Source of the DNA: Cyanobacteria bacterium P01_D01_bin.156
Lineage (GTDB): Bacteria > Cyanobacteriota > Cyanobacteriia > Phormidesmidales > Phormidesmidaceae
Assembly: GCA_039024555.1 (NCBI GenBank)
Contig: JBCCQQ010000001.1
Span: 256,001 to 320,000, forward strand
Length of the DNA stretch: 64,000 bases
Reading direction: 5' to 3'
The position numbers and the translations under genes were made by a program. Numbering within the stretch: position 1 is the first letter of the stretch; each line of letters opens with the position of its first letter. Shown piece by piece: positions 34,059-45,000 of this stretch. The notes under the pieces are model-generated. The model was not told the DNA's origin and made no database searches. It worked only from the letters and a program-made list of their open reading frames with translations.

Positions 34059-35051
34059 ATGACTTTTTTGTTTCTATTCAAGCTGCTGTTAGCACTCTCA
34101 GCATTGGGGATTGCAGCCTATTTGTTAACAGCTCGTCGATATCAGTCCTCTGATTCAGTGGCTACTTCCTATGATCAGTGGACGGAAGACGGCATTTTGG
34201 AATTTTACTGGGGTGAACACATTCATTTGGGACACTACGGTTCTCCCCCTCGCTCTAAGGATTTTCTGAAAGCTAAGGCAGACTTTGTCCACGCAATGGT
34301 CAAGTGGGGTGGTCTAAATCGTCTGAGTTCTGGAACTACGCTACTAGATGTAGGGTGTGGCATCGGTGGCAGCAGCCGGATTTTGGCTCGGGACTATCAG
34401 TTCGATGTCACCGGTATCACTATCAGTCCTCAACAGGTAAAGCGGGCACAGCAGCTCACTGCTGACGGTATTACGGCCCGATTTAAGGTGGACGATGCCA
34501 TGGCATTGTCATTTCCCGATGCCAGTTTTGATGTGGTTTGGTCTGTGGAAGCGGGTCCCCACATGCCGAATAAAGCTATCTTTGCGAGGGAGTTGATGCG
34601 GGTACTCAAGCCCGGTGGAATTTTAGTCATGGCAGACTGGAACCAGCGAGATGACCGTCGGATACCTCTTAATTTTTGGGAAAAGCCGGTTATGAAGCAG
34701 TTGCTTGACCAATGGTCTCATCCGGCATTTGCAAGCATCGAAGGCTTTGCTGAGGATTTAGAAGCAACCGGATTTGTAAAGGGTGACGTCATCACAGCCG
34801 ACTGGACCCAAGAAACACTGCCTTCCTGGCTGGATTCTATTTGGCAAGGTGTGATCCGTCCCAAGGGACTGATTCGCTTTGGTTTTTCTGGATTGGTTAA
34901 GTCCCTGCGGGAAGTCCCCACGCTACTGCTGATGCGCCTGGCCTTTGGTGCAGGGCTATGTCGATTTGGCATGTTTCGCGCTATCAGAGCAGAAACAGTA
35001 TCTGCAGACAGTTCACAGCAGCTGACCATATCATCCAGTGCAGGTGTCTAG
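34059..35051 (+). CDS. MPBQ/MSBQ methyltransferase (tocopherol/plastoquinone; Sll0418-like)
   Basis: WTEDGILEFYWGEHIHLGHY, LLDVGCGIGGS, WSVEAGPHM; N-terminal TM. Confidence 0.88.
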   Translation: MTFLFLFKLLLALSALGIAAYLLTARRYQSSDSVATSYDQWTEDGILEFYWGEHIHLGHYGSPPRSKDFLKAKADFVHAMVKWGGLNRLSSGTTLLDVGCGIGGSSRILARDYQFDVTGITISPQQVKRAQQLTADGITARFKVDDAMALSFPDASFDVVWSVEAGPHMPNKAIFARELMRVLKPGGILVMADWNQRDDRRIPLNFWEKPVMKQLLDQWSHPAFASIEGFAEDLEATGFVKGDVITADWTQETLPSWLDSIWQGVIRPKGLIRFGFSGLVKSLREVPTLLLMRLAFGAGLCRFGMFRAIRAETVSADSSQQLTISSSAGV

Positions 35052-35073
35052 CTCCACCAACTCTCAAAACTCC

Positions 35074-36294
35074 ATGAGTATTATTGTTGTTGGAGCCGGA
35101 CCCGCTGGTGCAAGTCTCTCCTATCTACTAGCCCGTGCTGGCATACAGGTCACTCTGCTTGAACAGGAAACCAGCTTTAACCGAGTTTTTCGAGGTGAAG
35201 GGTTAATGCCCGCCGGCATGGATGCCCTGGATCAAATGGGCATATTGCCTCTGCTCGAAGATATTCCCCACCGCCGCTTAGAGTCTTGGAATATTCATCT
35301 AGGCGGCCAGGAGGTTTTTGTAATTCCTGAACCTGACTTGGGCAAAAGCTCTCTGAGCGTTGTTTCACAGCCCGCTTTACTGGAAGGTTTTGTCACTGCA
35401 GCTGCCAAATATGACAGCTTTGACTTTAGAACTAACTGTCAGGTGCAGGATCTGTTGTGGGAAGGCAACCATGTGGTTGGTGTGAGGGTCAAAACCGACC
35501 ATAAAGTCTCTGAACTGCGGGCTGATTTAGTCATTGGTTGCGATGGTCGGGGTTCTTTAGTGCGTCGGAAAGCAAAGCTAAATATTGAGCTACAGCCGGA
35601 TCAGTATGATGTGCTGTGGTTTAAGCTACCTGCACCCGACCGGTTGAAAAACACCTGTCAGTTTTACTTGATGGCCAAAGCTCAACAGCATCCTGCCAGC
35701 TGCTACACCTCGTGGGATGGGCAACTCCAATACGGTCTAATCTTGCCTAAGGGAGGACTGGGGCAGTTAAAAAATACAGATTGGCTGACCGTAGCAGCCC
35801 ACGCTGCACCAGAGTGGTTGGCGAACCATGTGCTCTCGCAGCGACAAGCAGTCAGTACGCCTGTGCAGCTAAACGTGGTCGTGGGCCAATGTCCCAAATG
35901 GTGGCGCTCAGGACTTCTACTACTAGGTGATGCAGCCCACCCGATGTCGCCCGTCAGGGCTCAGGGCATTAACCTAGCTCTGCGAGATGCAATTATCGCA
36001 GTCAATTATTTGGTACCTGCCTGGGAACTAGGCTCAGCAGCTGTAGATAACGCATTAGCAGCAATCCAGAAGGACAGAGTACCGGAAGTCATGCGATCGC
36101 AAGCACTACAGCTAAGAGAAGCTCATAGTCTAAAGCTTGTTCGCTCTTCTCCTTGGAAATTAGCCGCTGTCCAGAAAGTATTGCCGTGGATTGGTCAGTT
36201 TTCCTGGATACAGCATGCCTGGTTGGCCCGTCAACATGATTTACGCTACGGCTCCCAGCCTGTCAAACTATCAGATGATTTGGGTTTTACCTAA
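35074..36294 (+). CDS. FAD-dependent monooxygenase (UbiH/PheA-like fold)
   Basis: VVGAGPAG, ADLVIGCDG, LLGDAAHPMSPVRAQGINLA. Confidence 0.9.
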   Translation: MSIIVVGAGPAGASLSYLLARAGIQVTLLEQETSFNRVFRGEGLMPAGMDALDQMGILPLLEDIPHRRLESWNIHLGGQEVFVIPEPDLGKSSLSVVSQPALLEGFVTAAAKYDSFDFRTNCQVQDLLWEGNHVVGVRVKTDHKVSELRADLVIGCDGRGSLVRRKAKLNIELQPDQYDVLWFKLPAPDRLKNTCQFYLMAKAQQHPASCYTSWDGQLQYGLILPKGGLGQLKNTDWLTVAAHAAPEWLANHVLSQRQAVSTPVQLNVVVGQCPKWWRSGLLLLGDAAHPMSPVRAQGINLALRDAIIAVNYLVPAWELGSAAVDNALAAIQKDRVPEVMRSQALQLREAHSLKLVRSSPWKLAAVQKVLPWIGQFSWIQHAWLARQHDLRYGSQPVKLSDDLGFT

Positions 36295-36455
36295 ACCTCA
36301 TAGGGAATTCAGTGCTTGTAGCGAGGGAATCACTGAGAAAGAATAGGTATCAATGTGCACAGAGCATAAAGTTAGCTACTTAGCTATGGTGTCCCCCATG
36401 ATGCCATTGGGCACCAAAACGTTTCGAGTACGCTAAAAACCTACAGTAAAGTCCT

Positions 36456-36965
36456 ATGGTCTTATCTCAGAGTAAAAACAGATCATCCGTTAAACTTCCC
36501 TATGATTTAGCTAATAAAATTCTGAATCGTCTGCCGCCAGAATATCGTAGGAGTTTTTCGATAGAACAAGTTGAGGCTTTGCAAACGGCTTTGATTATGC
36601 AAGGGGCTTTGGATAAGGCTAAGCCAAAACCACTGGAACTGTGGAAGTTTCATTTAGGGCCTTTATGCCTATCACTGGATCTGAAAAATCAGCAGAATCT
36701 GCACGCAAACGCACGTCGCCAATCTGTGCTGGTGCCCATCCTTTGCATGCTGGTAACCATACTAGGCATTGGTTGCGTTGCGAGCCTACTCAAATTTCGC
36801 TACGAATATCAATCCAGTCGTTTGGCAACGTCTTTACAAGCCCAAGAGCAGGAATTTCATCCCGCGGTACTGCCATTTCGCACAGATCAGGACACGTGCG
36901 AAGAAAATGGCGCCATCTGGATGGATCAAGAATGCGTGGACTATGGCCATAATCCGACATTCTAA
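36456..36965 (+). CDS. Hypothetical single-pass membrane protein
   Basis: N-terminal RLPPEYRRSFSIEQVEAL, one TM, C-terminal C-x9-C/W motif ending HNPTF. Confidence 0.75.
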   Translation: MVLSQSKNRSSVKLPYDLANKILNRLPPEYRRSFSIEQVEALQTALIMQGALDKAKPKPLELWKFHLGPLCLSLDLKNQQNLHANARRQSVLVPILCMLVTILGIGCVASLLKFRYEYQSSRLATSLQAQEQEFHPAVLPFRTDQDTCEENGAIWMDQECVDYGHNPTF

Positions 36966-37021
36966 TGAGAACGTCGGATGGTAAGAGCTTTTATTTATGG
37001 AAGCTGTGCCCCAAAAGGGGT

Positions 37022-38986
37022 TTATCTTAGATAGTCAATAATGCCTTGGGCAATAGCATCAGCGATTTGTTCGCGGGCCGCATTACTTTGAAATCGTGCG
37101 GAGTCTTCGCGTCCAGTGATAAAACCTGTTTCCACCAAGACGGCTGGCATAGAAGTATTTCGCAGTACATAAAAACGAGCTTGACGCACACCGCGATCGC
37201 GCAAGTTAGTACTGCGTAGAACACGGCTTTGAATCGACTGAGCTAAACTGCGTCCGGTGGAAAAGTAATAGGTTTCCAACCCATTAACTTCAGGGCGACT
37301 CAGGCTAATAGCATTGGCGTGAATACTGACAAAGACCGTAGCGTTAGCGCGTTCAGCAATATCGACACGGGGTTGCAAATCCACTTCCACGTCGCTGTTA
37401 CGGGTCATGGCTACCCGGTAGCCACGCTGTTCCAGGGTGCTCCGAACACGTCGGGAAATAAACAGATTAATTTCTTTCTCCTGAAGTCCGTTGCCAACAG
37501 CCCCTGGATCACGCCCTCCATGGCCAGGATCAATCATCACCAAAACCTCACCCTGCTGGGCTGGGCGCGCAGGTGCACTCGGCGATGGATTGGAGGGAGG
37601 CACCGTCGCCGTAGTTTGCACAATCCGAGCATCTAAACCTTCAGCTTGAAGTCGCTGCTGTAAATTATTGGCTCGGACTTGTTCCTGAAACCGCCCCGCT
37701 TGAATGACGGTTTGTCCATTCACCGTAGTCCGAAAGGCACCCGCTTCTACCTGATTAACCCTGGCTCTAAGTAACGCTGAGCTACCTGGAACAATCACCT
37801 GATAAAGAACATTGCTTGAAGCCGAGGGGGTTGGCTGGGAGAAGGTGACCTGACCTATTTCAACAATTTGTGCAGATAGCCCAGCATCCACCAAACGCTG
37901 TTGGAGTTCACTCGCCCGTGCCCGTTCTTGAAACCGCCCCGCTTGAATGACGGTTTGTCCATTCACCGTAGTCCGAAAGGCACCCGCTTCTACCTGGTTG
38001 ACCCTAGCTCTGAGTAACGCTGAGCTACCTGGAACAATCACCTGGTAAAGAACATTGTTGGCTGGGGGCGTTGGTTGAGGTGCAGTAGCCCGAGCTGTTT
38101 CAACAATTTGTGCAGATAGTCCGGCATCCACCAAACGCTGTTGGAGTTCACTCGCCCGTGCCCGTTCTCGAAATCGTCCAGCCTGGATAACAGCTTGACC
38201 ATTAGCGGTCGTACGAAACGCTCCAGGCTCTACAGCGTTGACACGCGATCTCAAAATTGCGGAGCTGCCTGGTACAACAACCTGATAATCCACGTCAGCG
38301 TTACTACTACTCCCCGGTTGACCAATAGTAGGAGGCGGTAACTGGGGACGATTGCTGGGTGAAGGGGTAGGCGTCGTGGGACCAGGGGCAGGACGCTCTG
38401 CTCCGGCTGCCGCCAGTAACACATCTAATGATTGGTTATTAGTTAAATAAACATGGCCTAAAGTTTGCCCCTGGTAAACCCGTCGAGCCATACTCCAACC
38501 AGCATCCAGTTCGATTTTCACAAAATCGTTGGCAGAGCCTTGAGAACGGCCTAACTCCAGCCTAGGCAACCCTCTTTGCAGGAGGCTGGGCACCGCAACA
38601 AGCACTAAATTATCACCCTGTCTTTCTATCTGCAGACGATAGCGTGACCCTAAATCTTCTCCAGCAACTCGTACCGAATATCCATTACTGTCAGAACTAC
38701 GACCGCAAATACCCGTAAAATCAAAGTTCAGCAGCAGCGGCTCAATTGTTGCAGGGTTACCTGGCTGTTCTTGCCAGCAACGTCTAGCCGAGCTGATCTG
38801 TTCAATAATGAGCAATTTGAAAAATCGACCGTTGTTGACAGGTTCTGCAACGGCTACGACCCGATTATTATCAATAGACTGTTGATTAAATTGGGCAGCT
38901 GATGCACTCGGAGCTAACGTAACAGCTACCCCAAAGGCAGCAGCCACAGCTGACAGTTTCGAGAGTTGACGAAGAAATGATTTCAT
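37022..38986 (-). CDS. N-acetylmuramoyl-L-alanine amidase (DUF3747 + three SPOR-like repeats + Amidase_3)
   Basis: Signal peptide; DUF3747-like EQI...CW..PLLLNFDFTGICGRS.DSNGYS; IDPGHGG, EK..NL, SIHAN and LVETGF catalytic motifs. Confidence 0.92.
   Translation of the reverse strand: MKSFLRQLSKLSAVAAAFGVAVTLAPSASAAQFNQQSIDNNRVVAVAEPVNNGRFFKLLIIEQISSARRCWQEQPGNPATIEPLLLNFDFTGICGRSSDSNGYSVRVAGEDLGSRYRLQIERQGDNLVLVAVPSLLQRGLPRLELGRSQGSANDFVKIELDAGWSMARRVYQGQTLGHVYLTNNQSLDVLLAAAGAERPAPGPTTPTPSPSNRPQLPPPTIGQPGSSSNADVDYQVVVPGSSAILRSRVNAVEPGAFRTTANGQAVIQAGRFRERARASELQQRLVDAGLSAQIVETARATAPQPTPPANNVLYQVIVPGSSALLRARVNQVEAGAFRTTVNGQTVIQAGRFQERARASELQQRLVDAGLSAQIVEIGQVTFSQPTPSASSNVLYQVIVPGSSALLRARVNQVEAGAFRTTVNGQTVIQAGRFQEQVRANNLQQRLQAEGLDARIVQTTATVPPSNPSPSAPARPAQQGEVLVMIDPGHGGRDPGAVGNGLQEKEINLFISRRVRSTLEQRGYRVAMTRNSDVEVDLQPRVDIAERANATVFVSIHANAISLSRPEVNGLETYYFSTGRSLAQSIQSRVLRSTNLRDRGVRQARFYVLRNTSMPAVLVETGFITGREDSARFQSNAAREQIADAIAQGIIDYLR
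37616..38287 (-). repeat. Three intragenic 189-bp (63-aa) repeats
   Basis: Units at 38099-38287, 37859-38047 and 37616-37804, with long stretches of near-identical DNA. Confidence 0.92.
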
Positions 38987-39424
38987 ATCCCTGAGAGCGC
39001 GGGTAGGAAAGAAGCTGTCTGGACGTGATATTAGCAGGAAACACAAGCGCAAAGTCTAACGGCTGTTTATGTAGTTTTCCGATAAAGCTAGCGATTAGGT
39101 AAGCAAATATATCAGTTCATCAGCTGTCCGCAATAAAATTTGTCAAAGCCAGCTTGAAAGCCCCGACCAATTTAAGCCTTTGTGTGACTAAATTTCAGAA
39201 AGAAAACAGTCTATAAACCCTTGCAAGATAAAGGATTTGAGATCCCAAGCAGACTGAAGTTTAGGAACCACCCATCTAGACAAATCGAGCTGTGAAACTT
39301 ACCAGGCTGTCACAGTCGTAGTTATCCGTTTTATAGGCTAGCATCCAAGCAAAGAGAAGATTTTGGAGTGGGCCAGAGCTCCAGAACATCTGCACTGTTA
39401 AAAATCTCAGTTGATTCTAGGCAA

Positions 39425-41596
39425 CTATTCGCACCACAGAGAGGGGTAACTAATGCCGTATCCCTGAGCAAAATCAATACCAATGGCCTGTATCTTTTGC
39501 ATCATGATTGCACTTTCGACAGATTCAGCAATCGTTTGCAAGCCAATCACATGACCCACTCGATGGATCGATTCAATGATGGCCTCAGTCGTAGAATCAT
39601 GCATAATCCCCTGAATAAATTCACCATCAATTTTAAGAAAATCAACCGGCAAAGCCTTGAGATAGGCAAACGAAGACATTCCACTACCAAAATCATCTAG
39701 TGCGAAGCGACAACCTAAACTGTGTAGAGATCTAATAAATGAATTAGCACGCTTGAAATCAGCAATAGCAGCTGTTTCCGTAATCTCAAAACAAATACAG
39801 TGGGGTGGTACCTGAAATACTGAAAACTGACTGATCACAAATTGTAGAAACTGCTCATCATTAAGACTCGTCCCAGACAGGTTAATACTGTAGAGTACGT
39901 CCTCTGGCTTATTTTTTAACTGCCGTTCGAGATTGGTAAGACAGGTACATATAATCCAACGATCTAATAGCGGCATCAATCCATATCGCTCAGCCGCCGG
40001 GATGAACTTTTCTGGAGAAATAATCTCTCCTTTATCTGTTAACATCCGCACCAAAACCTCATAGAAGTCGATAGATGTTGTCTCTTCATTGTTTTGAATG
40101 CTGGCAATTGCTTGACGATATAAACAGAAGCGATGCTGCTCAAGCGCTTGACGAAGAATCACACTCCAATGTCGTTCTTGTCGTTGTTGATGGAGTTCAG
40201 CATTATCTTTTTGATAAATCTGAATACGATTGCGTCCTCGATATTTAGCGGCATAACAAGCGGCATCTGCTGCACTCATCACAGCTGCTGGATCAGTACT
40301 GTTGGCATCCACAGCAACTAACCCAATGCTGACACCAACTCGAAAAATTTGGTCTTGCCAAATGAAGGGGTAATCAGCAATAGCCTGACGCAGGTTCTCT
40401 GCAATGTTCACCGCTTGATCTAAAGGACATTGGGTGAGTAAGATACCGAACTCATCACCCCCCAAACGAGCTATTGTATCTGTCACGCGAATGTGGCGCT
40501 TCAGCAACCGTGCAAGCTGTCGCAACAGCTCATCGCCAGCTAAATGACCACTCGTGTCATTGACGACTTTAAACTGGTCAAGATCCAAATAACAGAGAAC
40601 ATGGTGTTGTTGCTGTTGCACAGCTGTTGCAACCATATTCTCCAAAGTAGTTTCAAAATATCGTCGATTAAATAACTGGGTTAAACTATCGTGACTCGCC
40701 TGCCAACTTAGCTGTTGAGCTAAAGAACGTGACTGGGTAACATCGTGAAAAACCATCACAACACCAATCAAACGCTTCTGTCGGTTGAGAATAGGGGCTG
40801 CCGAATCTTCAATACTAAATTCTGTTCCATCGCGGCGGATTAGAATTGTATGATTACCTAGACCTGTAATTGTTCCATTCGCTAAGATGCAAGCTACAGG
40901 GTTTGTAGCAGGCTCTCGTGTTGTTTCATTAACGATATTAAAAACCTCAGTCAGAGGTAGACCGTGAGCCGCCTGAGTTGTCCACCCCGTCATCCCTTCA
41001 GCAACAGGATTTAAATAATTCACTCGACCACTAGAATCAGTCGTAATAACAGCATCGCCAATGGAGTCTAAGGTGACCTGGGCAATTTCTTTTTCAGTTT
41101 CTAGAGCAATTTCTAGAAGCTTGCGACTTGTAATGTCAGTAATCGTACCGGCATAGCCTATGCTGCTGCCATTCGAATCATATTCGACAGCAGCTTGCCC
41201 AAATACCCAAGTCACTACTCCAGCAGGGGTTTGAACTCGATATTCAGCTTGAAAAGGTTGATTAGATTGGACAGCTTGGTACCACCCTTGATAGACACGG
41301 TCTCGATCGTTAGGATGAATCGCTGTCAGCCATTCTGTTCCCTGGGCCTTACTCGCTGAAATACCGACAATAGTACACCAGCATTGGTTGACATATATAC
41401 AATGCCCGTTTTTATCAGTACGAAAAATTCCTACAGGGATAGCTTCTACCAAGCGAGCGTAGGAGTCATGAGATTCGTTGAGCGGAGCAGCTGCCGTAAG
41501 TTTACAATCCTTAAGGTGCGAGTCAGACTCAATTTGATTAATCTCCTCCCTCGCTGAATCGATGGTGGATTTCTCGTTTACGCCATCTACAGTCAT
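39425..41596 (-). CDS. PAS-PAS-GGDEF-EAL diguanylate cyclase/phosphodiesterase
   Basis: Two PAS/PAC domains; RVTD I-site five residues before GGDEF; EVLVR, FEITE, LDDFGSG, KIDG and QGY motifs. Confidence 0.95.
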   Translation of the reverse strand: MTVDGVNEKSTIDSAREEINQIESDSHLKDCKLTAAAPLNESHDSYARLVEAIPVGIFRTDKNGHCIYVNQCWCTIVGISASKAQGTEWLTAIHPNDRDRVYQGWYQAVQSNQPFQAEYRVQTPAGVVTWVFGQAAVEYDSNGSSIGYAGTITDITSRKLLEIALETEKEIAQVTLDSIGDAVITTDSSGRVNYLNPVAEGMTGWTTQAAHGLPLTEVFNIVNETTREPATNPVACILANGTITGLGNHTILIRRDGTEFSIEDSAAPILNRQKRLIGVVMVFHDVTQSRSLAQQLSWQASHDSLTQLFNRRYFETTLENMVATAVQQQQHHVLCYLDLDQFKVVNDTSGHLAGDELLRQLARLLKRHIRVTDTIARLGGDEFGILLTQCPLDQAVNIAENLRQAIADYPFIWQDQIFRVGVSIGLVAVDANSTDPAAVMSAADAACYAAKYRGRNRIQIYQKDNAELHQQRQERHWSVILRQALEQHRFCLYRQAIASIQNNEETTSIDFYEVLVRMLTDKGEIISPEKFIPAAERYGLMPLLDRWIICTCLTNLERQLKNKPEDVLYSINLSGTSLNDEQFLQFVISQFSVFQVPPHCICFEITETAAIADFKRANSFIRSLHSLGCRFALDDFGSGMSSFAYLKALPVDFLKIDGEFIQGIMHDSTTEAIIESIHRVGHVIGLQTIAESVESAIMMQKIQAIGIDFAQGYGISYPSLWCE

Positions 41597-42057
41597 CAGA
41601 TATTTCAGGAAAATAAATCAAAAAAATTCACGAGAAACTACCAGGGATTAAGACATGTTCACACAAGCCCTCTGCTTCTTTGTATCCCACTCCTAGAAAA
41701 ACAACAATGGTATGCAATTAAAACAATAGTCAAAAACTTGACTATTGTAGTTTTGGTTAAAACAGTCAACAGTGATTTATCTCAATTGATTCAGGGTCTA
41801 ACTCTGTAGATCGAGCTTTAGTCAATGATAATTTTTCTCTATAAAAGTTCTAACAACTCAATCTTTAAGTGGCTATGGCTCGTCAAGATTTATGAGCGTA
41901 GCTCACAAAATAGAAAACCCCAGATTTTTCTAATTAGGAGGAAACCGATTGAACCTATAGCATGCCGATATTTTTTCTCTTTCGACAAAAACTTTATTAG
42001 TATTTTGTCATGAATGCTTTAGCGAACGAACGTTTGTTCTTCCTTTAAACATGGTCG

Positions 42058-45000
42058 CTATACATCACTCATCAGCTGTAACAGTGCGTCAGTAGAAAGC
42101 TTACCACTCATATCAGCACCTTCTAACAGACTATCGGCAAGGTCACGTTTCCTGTTGTGAAGTTCAACAATTTTTTCTTCAATCGTTCCCTTGGTAACAA
42201 GACGATAGATGGTCACTGGCCGGGTTTGGCCAATCCGATGAGCACGGTCGGAGGCTTGGTCTTCCACGGCCGGGTTCCACCAAGGATCCATGTGAATCAC
42301 ATAATCAGCAGCCGTTAAATTCAGACCTGTACCACCTGCTTTGAGGCTGATTAAGAAAACATTGCCCTCACCAGCTTGAAATGCATCAACTCGCTGCTTA
42401 CGCTGCTTAGCAGGGGTACTACCGTCTAGATACTGATAGGAAATGGATTGCTGATCTAGGTAATTCCTTAGAATTGTCAGGTGATCGACAAACTGACTAA
42501 AAACCAGAGCCTTATGACGATTGCTGAGGAGCTCTTTCAGCACTTCTCCAAACAATTGGAGCTTGGCACTTGCCGGAGCCATCTCAGGCATAACGAGTTG
42601 TGGGTTACAGCACATACGCCGTAATCGGGTAATTTCGGCTAGCACTTGAAGGTGTTTAGCACCGGCTTTCGCTTCAGTAGTCGTCAGTTTTGCAATCGCA
42701 TCCCGCCGCAATGCCTCATAGAGTGCCTTTTCTTCACCACTCAATTCCACATGCAACGTAATTTCTGTGCGTGACGGCAGTTCATCAAGCACTTGGGTTT
42801 TAGTACGCCGCAGCATAAACGGCTGAATCAATTTTTTAAGATGGAGACGAGCCTGTTTATCCTGATAGCGTTCAATGGGTGTGGCAAATCGTTGATTAAA
42901 CTTATCCAAAGAACCTAATAATCCAGGATTGATAAATCTAAAAAGATTCCACAGCTCACCAAGGTGATTCTCAATGGGAGTGCCTGTAGTGATTACCTTA
43001 AAGCCTGCCTTTAATTTCATGGCAGCTTGCGATCGCTTAGTAGAACTATTCTTAATCGCCTGGGCTTCATCTAGTACGATGGTTTGCCAATCAACTTCTG
43101 CTAAAAGCTCTGCCACATCTGGCTGCTGTAAAAGACCATAGCTGCACACCAGCAGATCAAAGCCACTGAGCTGGTCTACTACTGCCTGACGGTTACTACT
43201 GCCCAGTTGCATCAGATTCAGGGTGGGGGCAAATCGGTGAGCTTCGCTAATCCAATTCGCCCCTACACTGGTGGGCGCTACCACCAATGTGGGTCCCTCA
43301 GGTGCCCGTAATAAAATCACAGCCAACGCTTGGAGGGTCTTACCCAAGCCCATATCATCCGCTAAACAAGCGCCCACCCCCCAATGGGCTAGCTGAGTCA
43401 GCCAGCGAAACCCTTCCTGCTGATAGTCCCGCAGCTCTGCCTGCAGAGTCGATGGAATCTTAGGAGTAATCGCCTTCCCCTCCTTCAACGTTTTAATGTG
43501 GGACTTCCATTTTTGATCGGCCTTTAGCTGACCCACATCATCCAAAGTATCTTCCAGGGCCAACGCCGCCATTGGATGAAACCTTGCCCCATTACCATGG
43601 CGTTCTGAGTACGTACGAAATTCATCTAGCCGATTTCGAAACGCCTGGGTCAGTGCCAAAAACTGACCATCACCGATGGGTACAAATCGGCTAGATGTCT
43701 GATCTAACAGTGACAACAACGCTTGCATATCCATAACGCTGCCGTCATCCAGTTCAAGCTCACCACTCACCGAGAACCAATCTTGCTCTTGCTTAATATT
43801 CAAACGCCAGCCATCAATACCGGCTTTGTTGCGAATTTTAAGTTTCTCCCCTTCAGGCCACTCCAAAACGATATCTTCTTCAACAGCTTCTAGCTGTAAC
43901 AACAACTCCAAACAGGTCTCTGGTTCATCTAGAATCCACTCCCCACTATCATTTTCTCCCAACTGTAGGGCAGGACATGCCTGTTGTACGTCCTGAGCCA
44001 GTCGTTTTTCCAAGGAAAGATCGCGTGTCGCTTGAGACCGCTGACCATCAATTTCAGCAATCACCGTTTTTCGCCCAGTGCCCGGCGGATAGTATGAACC
44101 AGAATTAGGAAACGGTCGCGTCAGCATAGATACCTTAAGACCATCCCCCGCAGGCATCAGATGCAAATGGGGCTTAGCATCAGCTTCTAAAGTCTCTACA
44201 CCCTCTAGATTGCCACCCCCAATATCAGAATGAATAGTCACCAAACTAGACACTGACCGAATAGCGGTCAGCACCTTATCCTGGCCAGCAGCAGGTACGG
44301 TCAACTGATTATGTTTGCCGAGGATTTCAGCAATCTTCTGATGTTCAGAAGTCACTTCAACAACTTTAATGCGAGTTGGAGTTTCTTTAACGAGAAAAAT
44401 AGTATCTCCAGGATGCACCTTAGGCTCCAAGCGCAAGGTTAAGGTACTATCACTGTTTTGTTCGACAACAAGCTCTGGTGTCGCTGCCATAATCTCCACT
44501 CGGACGGTAGGAGAGTCTTCCCAAAAAACTAAGGGATGGCCGACTAATGCCTGGATAGCACTACGGCTGAGTGTATACTGAGTACCCGAATAATAATCGT
44601 ATTTGATGTGGTTACAAACTTGAATATCTTGGGAAGTCAAGTAATCAAACTCCGATGGATTTTTTGCCAGTCGATTGAGGGCAATGACCCGCCCCTTAGT
44701 CCAAGTACCTTTAGCACTTAGCTTTTGTTCTTTGGGCTGTAGCTGCCAATGTTTGGTGTAGACCGTCAAAAACCACACAAGACGCCGCTCGCCCTTAGTA
44801 GAAATGTTTTTGGGTGACCCTGCAACATTCACCAGTGCCTTCAAACTAATTTCCCAAGTACTTTGGGGCTCTAAGGTATTGACAATTGAGATTTGGGGGC
44901 GTTCCACCGCCCATTTAGCATATTCACTATCGGGCACCAGACGTCCCAACAGCTCAGCGGCTTCTGCGGCAAACCAGCTTAGACCAGCATCTTCGGCCAG

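Noticed and set aside
41825..42013. 62-aa AT-rich ORF
   Set aside because: Low-complexity intergenic sequence with no supporting features.
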